Shown: piece after piece, positions 48,427 to 57,440 of the stretch
How positions within the stretch are numbered: the first letter of the stretch is position 1
Layout of the letters: each line of letters begins with the position of its first letter
Source: Gammaproteobacteria bacterium
GTDB lineage: Bacteria > Pseudomonadota > Gammaproteobacteria > GCA-001735895
Length of the DNA: 64,000 nucleotides
NCBI GenBank assembly: GCA_029862005.1
Contig: JAOTYD010000006.1
Span: 69,758 to 133,757 of the forward strand
Direction of reading: 5' to 3'
Translations under genes and position numbers: made by a program
The notes under the pieces: model-generated
The model's database searches: none
Seen by the model: the letters and a program-made list of their open reading frames with translations, nothing else
What the model was told of the DNA's origin: nothing

Positions 48427-48918
48427 ATGAAATTATCCAGACGCGCCAAACGCATGAATCAGCACCACGTTCGTGGGCAGAAGCGAAACGCCATGTTAAA
48501 CATGGTGTCGTTAATGGATATATTTACGATCCTGGTTTTTTTCCTGTTGGTGAATGCGACCAGTACCCAGATTTTGCCCTCACCCAAGAACATCGTGTTA
48601 CCCGAGGCCGCGGCTGAGAAATTGCCTTCCCGCAACCTGGTCATCGCCGTTGACGAACGTGTCATCCGCCTGCAGGGGAAAGCCATTGTTACGGTCAAGG
48701 ATGCGCTCAAAGGTGACCGCAACTCGATCAAGCCTCTGTTTAATGCGTTGCGACTTGCCTCGACGACGGTCAAGGATATCACCGACAAGCAGGGTGTTAC
48801 GATTATGGGTGACCAGGAGATTCCTTACCTGCTGCTGAAAAAGATCATGCTGACCTGTGCCGGTGCGCAATATACCAATATCTCGTTCGCTGTAAACCAG
48901 AAGGTATTAGACAGCTAA
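48427..48918 (+). CDS. ExbD/TolR-family protein (AglS-like)
   Basis: TM LNMVSLMDIFTILVFFLL retains Asp31; I.GD..IPY.LLKKIM.TC..A.Y. Confidence 0.88.
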   Translation: MKLSRRAKRMNQHHVRGQKRNAMLNMVSLMDIFTILVFFLLVNATSTQILPSPKNIVLPEAAAEKLPSRNLVIAVDERVIRLQGKAIVTVKDALKGDRNSIKPLFNALRLASTTVKDITDKQGVTIMGDQEIPYLLLKKIMLTCAGAQYTNISFAVNQKVLDS

Positions 48919-49910
48919 TGGCAAGGGCAGTGGCTATATCCGAACCGAATCTGCCCTGGATCGACCAGCAGGAAGATCGCAGTTTTCGCCGCCTATTGAT
49001 TATTATGATGCTGCTGTTTTTAGGCGTGGGCGTGGTATTGAATACGATCAAGCTGCCGGAAGTAGTACAGAAAAACCTGGTCGATGTTTCACCGCGCCTC
49101 GCGAAGCTGATCCTGGAAAAGCAAAAAGTTAAACCACCACCTCCCAAGAAAGAAAAACCAAAGGAAGTAAAGAAAAAGGAGCCTGAAAAAAAGAAAGAAA
49201 AACCGAAAAAAAAGGAACCTGAGAAAAAGAAGCCTGAGAAAAAGAAGCCTGAGAAAAAGAAGCCTGAGAAAAAGAAGGAAGTTAAGAAACCCGACGCACG
49301 TGAAGTCGCCAAGAACGCGGGCCTGATCGCGTTAAGTGATGAGCTCGAGGACTTGCGTGAAAGCTTTGCCCTCGACGACGTCGCCAAATTGCCGCAACAA
49401 ACGACCGGCAAGCAGGCAGTCAAGGTCGCGACTGCCAGCGACCTGCTAACCTCGAGCGCGCAAAGAACCAGCGGCGGCATAAAGACAGATACTCTCAACC
49501 GCACCATAAAAACCAATGAATTAACACAACGTCAGACCACGAGGGTTGAAAGCAAGATCGAAGCCGACAGTAAAAAGCTCGCCAAGGCCTCTACCACCCA
49601 GACCCGGGGGGGATCGGCCGCCAGGCGCAGCGAGGATGAAATCGAACGTATTTTCCAGCAAAACAAAGGCGGTATCTTTAATATCTATAATCGGGCATTG
49701 CGCAAAAATCCGTCACTCGCCGGACAGGTTGTGGTTGAACTGACGATCGCGCCCGGCGGTCAGGTGACCGCGGTTAAAATTCTCTCCAGCGAGTTGGGTG
49801 ACGAGACACTCGAGCGTAAATTGATACTAAAGATAAAAAAATTCAAATTCAGCAGTTCCAACGTGGCCGAAATCACGGTCACCTATCCAATCGACTTTCT
49901 GCCCTCCTGA
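48918..49910 (+). CDS. TonB/TolA-like energy transducer with AgmX/PglI-type C-terminal domain (GltG-like)
   Basis: N-terminal TM, Lys/Pro/Glu-rich linker, and RS..EI...F..NKG..F.IY.RALR.NP.L.G.V.V.LTI...G.V ... YPIDFLP. Confidence 0.85.
   Translation: MARAVAISEPNLPWIDQQEDRSFRRLLIIMMLLFLGVGVVLNTIKLPEVVQKNLVDVSPRLAKLILEKQKVKPPPPKKEKPKEVKKKEPEKKKEKPKKKEPEKKKPEKKKPEKKKPEKKKEVKKPDAREVAKNAGLIALSDELEDLRESFALDDVAKLPQQTTGKQAVKVATASDLLTSSAQRTSGGIKTDTLNRTIKTNELTQRQTTRVESKIEADSKKLAKASTTQTRGGSAARRSEDEIERIFQQNKGGIFNIYNRALRKNPSLAGQVVVELTIAPGGQVTAVKILSSELGDETLERKLILKIKKFKFSSSNVAEITVTYPIDFLPS
49218..49277 (+). repeat. perfect 15-bp tandem repeat x4 (CCTGAGAAAAAGAAG, encodes PEKKK)
   Basis: Four identical copies start at 49218, 49233, 49248 and 49263. 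Confidence 0.95.
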
Positions 49911-49916
49911 GCGCAA

Positions 49917-50435
49917 ATGAAAAGGCCGATGTCCATCGAAACCGCACGTTTGAGGATTCGATGGCTAAAACCCGGCGACGCAGAATTTATCTATCACCTG
50001 GTCAACGACCCGATGTGGATGCACTACATCGGGGATAAAAATGTCTCGAACCTCGAGGACGCCAAAACCTACATCGAAACCGGTCCTCGTAATATGTACC
50101 GGAACCTGGGATTTGGTTTGAACCTGGTATCGCTTAAAGAGAATGACACGTCAATCGGCATCTGCGGATTATTGAAACGAGAAACTCTCGATGATGTCAA
50201 AATCGGATTTGCCTTGCTGCCCCGGTTCAGAAGACAGGGATATGCATTCGAAGCTGCCACCGCAGTGCTCGAGCAGGGCCGCAGGGATCATAACACATCA
50301 CATGTCCTTGCGATCCTGACAGCGGATAATGAAGCTTCCAAAATGCTGCTGACCAGGCTCGGATTTAAGTACCAGAACAGCTTTCAAAGGGAACCAAAAT
50401 CAGGCATTCTCGATCGATACGTAATCAAATTATGA
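49917..50435 (+). CDS. GNAT N-acetyltransferase (RimJ/RimL-like)
   Basis: Motifs ETARL, GICGLLKR, IGFA.LP.FR.QGYAFEA and N.AS..LL.RLGF. Confidence 0.88.
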   Translation: MKRPMSIETARLRIRWLKPGDAEFIYHLVNDPMWMHYIGDKNVSNLEDAKTYIETGPRNMYRNLGFGLNLVSLKENDTSIGICGLLKRETLDDVKIGFALLPRFRRQGYAFEAATAVLEQGRRDHNTSHVLAILTADNEASKMLLTRLGFKYQNSFQREPKSGILDRYVIKL

Positions 50436-50450
50436 TTTAAGAAACTACCG

Positions 50451-50918
50451 ATGACATTGCGGCGTATTATGGCGGTATTGATAATCGGCCTGTTATCCCT
50501 TTCGATACAGGCCGCTGATACCGGCGATTACCAGCTGCGAGACATGGATGGAAATCTTTATCGCGTTTCAGATTATCGAGGCAAGTGGTTGATTATCAAC
50601 TTCTGGGCAACCTGGTGTGCACCCTGTATCAAGGAAATACCTGAACTGGAACGCTTTTATCAGCAAAACAAGGCATCTGCGCAGGTATGGGGGGTGACAT
50701 TTGAAGATACCGACAAGATAAAAATCCTCGAGTATATTAATCGTCTAGGTGTCACCTATCCCATCCTCGGGTATGGCCAGGATCCACTCACCGGCTTTGG
50801 CACGGTTACGGTGTTGCCAACCACCTTTGTTATCGATACCAATGGACTTTTCTTCCATCGTTTTGAAGGACCGATAACGAGGCAGGATATATCCAGCGTA
50901 ATTCAGCAATCAAACTGA
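50451..50918 (+). CDS. TlpA-family periplasmic thioredoxin
   Basis: Signal peptide, NFWATWCAPCIKEIP and LPTT. Confidence 0.9.
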   Translation: MTLRRIMAVLIIGLLSLSIQAADTGDYQLRDMDGNLYRVSDYRGKWLIINFWATWCAPCIKEIPELERFYQQNKASAQVWGVTFEDTDKIKILEYINRLGVTYPILGYGQDPLTGFGTVTVLPTTFVIDTNGLFFHRFEGPITRQDISSVIQQSN

Positions 50919-50997
50919 TCAGACGCGTAATCTAACGTCACTTATTTCCGGTCTTCGATCGATAACCTGTTTTTTATGCGATTAGTGGCTGTCCATG

Positions 50998-51759
50998 CTA
51001 CGCGACCAGTATCGCCGGGCAGCGCAGCGCATTCAGTATTCGAGCCAACTCTTCGACCTTTTCGTGTTGTGACATGATCGCGCAGTCGAAATTCGGGCCG
51101 GCTCGAGACAGCAATTCAAACAGCTTGTCTCTATGAGTCCTGGTTATCGTTATCTCCCCGTGCTTGTCTTCAGTCCCGGTCGCAAATATCGATGACAAAT
51201 CCATATCAGGATCTTCACCAACGACAGTCAATTCAATCCTTTCATGTTGAAAACGTCGCAATACTACGTCGAGCGCATGTTGCTGCCGCGGTGAATCATC
51301 CAGGATCAGCAGGACCCTGCGAGTCTTGGGCACTTGCCCGGATTGCAGTCGGTGCGATACCGGGCGGCTAACAATCGTATAGGACACGTCCAGGTGGGGT
51401 TTGAGACCGATATCCCGCATGCGGCCACGAACCGTGTCGAAGTGCCAGGTAATTTGCGACGCCTGTGCTTCCTTTTGCAGGGATTTCTTGAATTGCAGGG
51501 CAGCAGCCTGAAGTGAGCGCTGCATCTGGTTGGTACTGGTGGGACGTTCACGTGTCGTCGTCAGGGTGATTTCACGCGTACATGGCAATCCTGCGACCCG
51601 GAGTAAATCTTCGTCCTCGATAAACAGGCAGAGCAAACCGGTCTGTACCGACGCTGCCATCTCCACCGCCAGGGTCACAGTGGTGACGGAATAGCTGCTG
51701 ACATCTGCCGCGAGCATCACGTTTGCCTGCTTTTGATTCGGTTGATCTGCCGTCATCAC
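50998..51759 (-). CDS. universal-stress-protein-like hypothetical protein
   Basis: N-terminal V.LA.D.S..S.....LA.E.A......L..LFIED.DLL..A.LP..REI, an adenine-nucleotide-hydrolase-like pattern; overlaps the Lon-like stop. Confidence 0.55.
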   Translation of the reverse strand: MMTADQPNQKQANVMLAADVSSYSVTTVTLAVEMAASVQTGLLCLFIEDEDLLRVAGLPCTREITLTTTRERPTSTNQMQRSLQAAALQFKKSLQKEAQASQITWHFDTVRGRMRDIGLKPHLDVSYTIVSRPVSHRLQSGQVPKTRRVLLILDDSPRQQHALDVVLRRFQHERIELTVVGEDPDMDLSSIFATGTEDKHGEITITRTHRDKLFELLSRAGPNFDCAIMSQHEKVEELARILNALRCPAILVA

Positions 51760-54185
51760 TTCTTATCCGATTTCGCGGGAGAATTTCCGTTACCATTTCG
51801 TTGAGCGAACTGTTTTTGTATGGATTGCAGCTGCTTGATGCGCTGTTGCACCCTGTAATTGAAACTCTTTTGCGGATAGTTACCGCTGGCGTCAGCCTTG
51901 CCCGGTTCCAGGCCAGTAAGCAGCCGCATTACGTCTTCTACCTGCTCGGCAACGTAAATATTGAACGCTCCTTTTTTGACCGCTTCACGAACATCCTTGT
52001 GCAGCATCAGGTGTGCCTGGTTGGCAGCAGGGATAATAACCCCCTGTTCCTTGTTCAATTCGCGCGCTGTACAGATCTCGAAAAAACCCTCGATTTTTTC
52101 GTTGACACCCCCGATCGCCTGGATTTCGCCCAGTTGATTGATCGAACCGGTAACGGCCAGCGATTGTTTGAGCGGTATTTCACCCAGTGCCGACAACAGC
52201 GCGCACAATTCTGCCGCCGAAGCACTATCGCCGTCGACCATACCGTATGATTGTTCGAAAGCCAGGCTTGCGGCCAGCGGTAAAGGCTGGTTCGCGGCAT
52301 AGCGATGGGCCAGGTAGGACGACAGGATCATAACCCCCTTGGAGTGTATTTCACCACCCAGCTTGGCCTCGCGTTCGATATCAACAACACCGCTGCGGCC
52401 GAGCCTCGCGGTCGCGGTGATGCGGGAGGCCTGTCCAAAACGATAGCCACCAACCTGCAGTAACGAAAGCGCGTTCACCTGGGCAACCCTGCTGCCCTCG
52501 GTATCGATGAGCTTTATGCCACGCAGTACCTGCTCCTGCAACAGTTCGCGGTATCGGTCCTGGCGACGGGTCTGCTTTTCGATTGCCTGCTCGACATCAG
52601 CCAGGCCTATGATTTTCCGGTTTGCCTTGCCTGCCCAGTAATTGGCTTCGTTCACCAAATCGCGCATATCGTCCATATGCAAAGACAGCTTTTCGGTATC
52701 GCCCACGTTGCGTGACGCCTCTTCGATAATTCGGCCAACGCCTGCCTTGTTCAAAGGCCGGACCTCGCTTTTCTGTTGCACTGCCGCGATCATGCGTGCA
52801 TAACCAAGCATGCTCTCAGTGTCACGCTTCGTGGTTTGTGCAAAATCTGCCGATACCTTGAACAACTGTTCAAACTCGTGATCATGGGACCTCAGCAGGT
52901 AATAAAGCCAGGGCTCACCTACCAGGATTACCTTGACGTCGAGTGGCATCGACTCCGGTTCGAGTGAAACCGTGTTAACCAGGCTCAGCATCTGTTCCAG
53001 CGATTGAATCTTGATTTCCCCGGACTTGAGAGCCCCCTTGAGACCCTCCCACGCAAAGCCATGCCTTAACAGATTAAAAGCATCCAGAATCAGGTAACCG
53101 CCGTTGGCGCGATGCAGGGCCCCGGGCTTGATCAAGGTGAAGTTTGTGAGCAGAGTTCCCATCTGGGAAACATACTCGACGCGGCCGATAAGGTTCTGGT
53201 AGGTGGGATTGTCTTCAAACATGATCGGCGCACCCCGGGTATCGGTATTGTCGAGAATAACGTTGATGCTGAAAGCATGAAACTCGGCCACGCGGCTGGC
53301 AATATTATCGGTTCCCTGGGTCTGCTCCGAAGGTAAAAACGCGTTTACGCCCTTGATCGCATTCTCTTTTACCGCTTGCAGATATTGCATGACATCGGGA
53401 TGATCGCGATAGCTGTTTTCCATCCAGGCAATTAATTGCTCTACCGTATGTTCGGTAATTTCCTGGTTCAAAGCCTTGATCCGCTGCAGGTGCTCGCGCT
53501 GCACCAGCGGCATCTGCTGCAAAATAGCCTGCAACTTGGCCTGCAAATCGGTAATCACCTTCTCGATGCGCTGTTTTTCGTCATCGGGGAGTTTCGCGTA
53601 TCCTTGTTGATCAAGCAGGTGACCATCGACCATCGGTCCCATCGTGTAACCACCCGGCGTGCGCATGATGATGATGCCTTTCTCCTCGGCTTCCTTGTCG
53701 AGTTCGTGGAAAACCTGCTCCTGCTGGTCCTGCAGTTCCTGCTCGATTTCCTGTCGCCGCGATTGATATTCCTCGCTCTGAAAAGAGGACGGCAACAGGG
53801 TTAGCAGGTCCTCAACCAGCGTCTCCATGTCGGCGCGCAGTTGCTGACCCATGCCGGCCGGAAGCTTTAACAATCGCGGTCGCTGCGGATTTTCAAAGTT
53901 GTTCACGTAGCACCAGTCGTTACGAGCCTCCAGGTCCTGCGCCTGGCGCGACAGTATCTGCTGCACGAGCTCGTGTTTGCCGAGCCCGGTATTTCCCAGT
54001 ACAAACAGGTTGAAACCCTGCTGATCGATATCGACGCCGAATTCGATTGCTTCCAGCGCCCGGTCCTGTCCCAGCGGTTGATCCAGCAGCTCAAGATCCG
54101 CTGTCGTTTTAAAATCAAACTGCCGCAGGTCGCAGGCCTGGTAAAGGTTTGCGTACTTCAGTGAAACGGGTTTCCTGGTTGCCAT
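51756..54185 (-). CDS. Lon-like protease (LonC/YcbZ-type AAA + S16 domain)
   Basis: Motifs GQDRA, G..GLGK, WCYVNNF, PGALHRANGGYL, IHSKG, catalytic DGDSAS and GGVNEKIEGFF. Confidence 0.9.
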   Translation of the reverse strand: MATRKPVSLKYANLYQACDLRQFDFKTTADLELLDQPLGQDRALEAIEFGVDIDQQGFNLFVLGNTGLGKHELVQQILSRQAQDLEARNDWCYVNNFENPQRPRLLKLPAGMGQQLRADMETLVEDLLTLLPSSFQSEEYQSRRQEIEQELQDQQEQVFHELDKEAEEKGIIIMRTPGGYTMGPMVDGHLLDQQGYAKLPDDEKQRIEKVITDLQAKLQAILQQMPLVQREHLQRIKALNQEITEHTVEQLIAWMENSYRDHPDVMQYLQAVKENAIKGVNAFLPSEQTQGTDNIASRVAEFHAFSINVILDNTDTRGAPIMFEDNPTYQNLIGRVEYVSQMGTLLTNFTLIKPGALHRANGGYLILDAFNLLRHGFAWEGLKGALKSGEIKIQSLEQMLSLVNTVSLEPESMPLDVKVILVGEPWLYYLLRSHDHEFEQLFKVSADFAQTTKRDTESMLGYARMIAAVQQKSEVRPLNKAGVGRIIEEASRNVGDTEKLSLHMDDMRDLVNEANYWAGKANRKIIGLADVEQAIEKQTRRQDRYRELLQEQVLRGIKLIDTEGSRVAQVNALSLLQVGGYRFGQASRITATARLGRSGVVDIEREAKLGGEIHSKGVMILSSYLAHRYAANQPLPLAASLAFEQSYGMVDGDSASAAELCALLSALGEIPLKQSLAVTGSINQLGEIQAIGGVNEKIEGFFEICTARELNKEQGVIIPAANQAHLMLHKDVREAVKKGAFNIYVAEQVEDVMRLLTGLEPGKADASGNYPQKSFNYRVQQRIKQLQSIQKQFAQRNGNGNSPAKSDKK

Positions 54186-54299
54186 TCAGTAATACTCGCG
54201 CAACCGGTGACATCAAATACCGACACAGATCAATTCAAGTGTTTAAAGTTTAGACAACCTGGACAGGCATCCCCACCCGCCCGGCACAAATACCGAGGC

Positions 54300-54326
54300 A
54301 AAAAAAAGCCCCGCATAAGCGGGGCT
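54300..54326 (-). terminator. rho-independent terminator of groESL
   Basis: Minus strand AGCCCCGC-TTAT-GCGGGGCT-TTTTTTT. Confidence 0.88.
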
Positions 54327-54398
54327 CTCTCGTTATTGGAACATCTGCGAGACCAGAAGGATTTCTGGCGCCGCTATTGCGAGCGCAGCAGCCAGAAA

Positions 54399-56060
<1,662 letters not shown>

Positions 56061-56073
56061 TTAATATTCCGAA

Positions 56074-56361
56074 TTATTCAACAACCGCGATGATGTCATC
56101 TTCGCGCATGATCAGCAGTTCTTCGCCTTCAACCTTGATTTCGGTGCCGGAGTACTTGCCGAAGTAAACGGTGTCACCCACCTTTACATCCAGGGCGCGT
56201 ATATCACCGGAATCAGTGACTTTACCGTGGCCTGTCGCGAGGATTTCACCCATGCTTGGTTTTTCAGTGGCAGAATCGGGGATGACGATACCACCAGCGG
56301 TGGTGCGCTCCTCTTCCATACGCCTGACGACTACTCGATCATGCAGGGGACGAATTTTCAT
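56074..56361 (-). CDS. groES: co-chaperonin GroES
   Basis: Motifs [21 protein letters not shown] and GKYSGTE. Confidence 0.99.
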   Translation of the reverse strand: MKIRPLHDRVVVRRMEEERTTAGGIVIPDSATEKPSMGEILATGHGKVTDSGDIRALDVKVGDTVYFGKYSGTEIKVEGEELLIMREDDIIAVVE

Positions 56362-56435
56362 TGTTGCTACGCTCCGTAGTTTTCGTTAATGACTTGCCAT
56401 CCGCCAGGGATGGGCCTATTAAGTTTAGTCGCGAG

Positions 56436-56462
56436 TTAGCACTCGCCTTTTGAGAGTGCTAA
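56436..56462. promoter_or_regulatory. CIRCE element (HrcA operator)
   Basis: TTAGCACTC-GCCTTTTGA-GAGTGCTAA, an exact consensus with N9 spacer. Confidence 0.95.
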
Positions 56463-56492
56463 TAATATTCAGCGGCTTTTCGTAGTCAAGAG

Positions 56493-56520
56493 AAATGGGG
56501 TAGAAAATCGAGGATTCAAG
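56493..56520 (-). promoter_or_regulatory. sigma32 (RpoH) promoter of groESL
   Basis: Minus strand CTTGAA-N14-CCCCATTT. Confidence 0.85.
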
Positions 56521-56545
56521 CGAAATCCTGATAAAAAATTGATTT

Positions 56546-57001
56546 TTATCTCAATTTTTCGTGGGAATCGTCTTCCCGGTGGAATTTGACGCCGTCAATA
56601 ACGTCATCATCGCGATGCGGATGAGCGTGCATGTTGACCGAAGTCGAAACTACCATGCGCGATGCCATACGGCTAACCAGCCAGATACGGGTTGGCGGAA
56701 AAAGCAGCAGGAAGCCCACGGCATCGGTGAAAAACCCGGGCGTGAGCAGTAATGCGCCGGCCACGACGAGCCCCATGCCCTCGAGTATCTCCCGTGCCGG
56801 TAATTCGTTTTCCTGTAATTTACGCTGTGCTCGTGTCAAAGTTGATAACCCCTGTATCCTCAGCAACCAGACGCCGATTACGGCGGTCAATACCACCAAA
56901 AATACGGTCCAACCCGCCCCGATCACCTGGCCAACCTGGATTAACAGGTAGATTTCGACGATTGGCACAATCAGAAAAAGCGTGGCGATCAGTGGGAACA
57001 T
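56546..57001 (-). CDS. fxsA: FxsA membrane protein
   Basis: Motifs PIVEIYLLI.VG, QG and AGALLLTPGF.TD..G; typical position upstream of groES. Confidence 0.93.
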   Translation of the reverse strand: MFPLIATLFLIVPIVEIYLLIQVGQVIGAGWTVFLVVLTAVIGVWLLRIQGLSTLTRAQRKLQENELPAREILEGMGLVVAGALLLTPGFFTDAVGFLLLFPPTRIWLVSRMASRMVVSTSVNMHAHPHRDDDVIDGVKFHREDDSHEKLR

Positions 57002-57122
57002 AAGCTTGGAAATTGGTTAATATCGATTATTTTACTATTCGGGTGTATTACCAGAGTAATACTGATATTTGTACTATATGTGGTTAGCATAACACTTATT
57101 CAATCTCGTCTAAGGAAAACCG

Positions 57123-57440
57123 ATGTCGGAGCATTACCTCGTGATTACATCCTGGCCCGATATTGAGGGAGCCAGACATCAGGCCATGAACTGGCTGCAA
57201 AATAAACTTGCGGCGAGTGTAAACATTTTGCCGCAAATGGACTCTATATATCATTGGAAAGGTGAGCTACGACAGGGTAAGGAACATAAGATTTTCATAA
57301 AAACGAGCGCTGACCGCATCGATGCACTGCAACGGGAAATTAGAGCCGCTCATCCGTATGCCGTAGCCGAAATCTTACAGTTTGAGATAGACTCTGGCGA
57401 ACCCGATTATCTGGACTGGATTACAGCTTCGACGAGATGA
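57123..57440 (+). CDS. cutA: divalent-cation tolerance protein CutA
   Basis: Motifs LAA.VNILP...SIY.WKG, IKT, HPY.V.EI and YL.WI; upstream of dsbD. Confidence 0.9.
   Translation: MSEHYLVITSWPDIEGARHQAMNWLQNKLAASVNILPQMDSIYHWKGELRQGKEHKIFIKTSADRIDALQREIRAAHPYAVAEILQFEIDSGEPDYLDWITASTR

Noticed and set aside
47260..49910. Canonical Tol-Pal or TonB-ExbBD iron-uptake operon
   Set aside because: There are two ExbD paralogues, an AgmX/PglI-type C-terminus and TPR partners, but no tolB, pal or TonB-dependent receptor.
54215..54228. Possible FNR site upstream of the Lon-like gene (minus strand TTGAT-CTGT-GTCGG)
   Set aside because: Only one good half-site.
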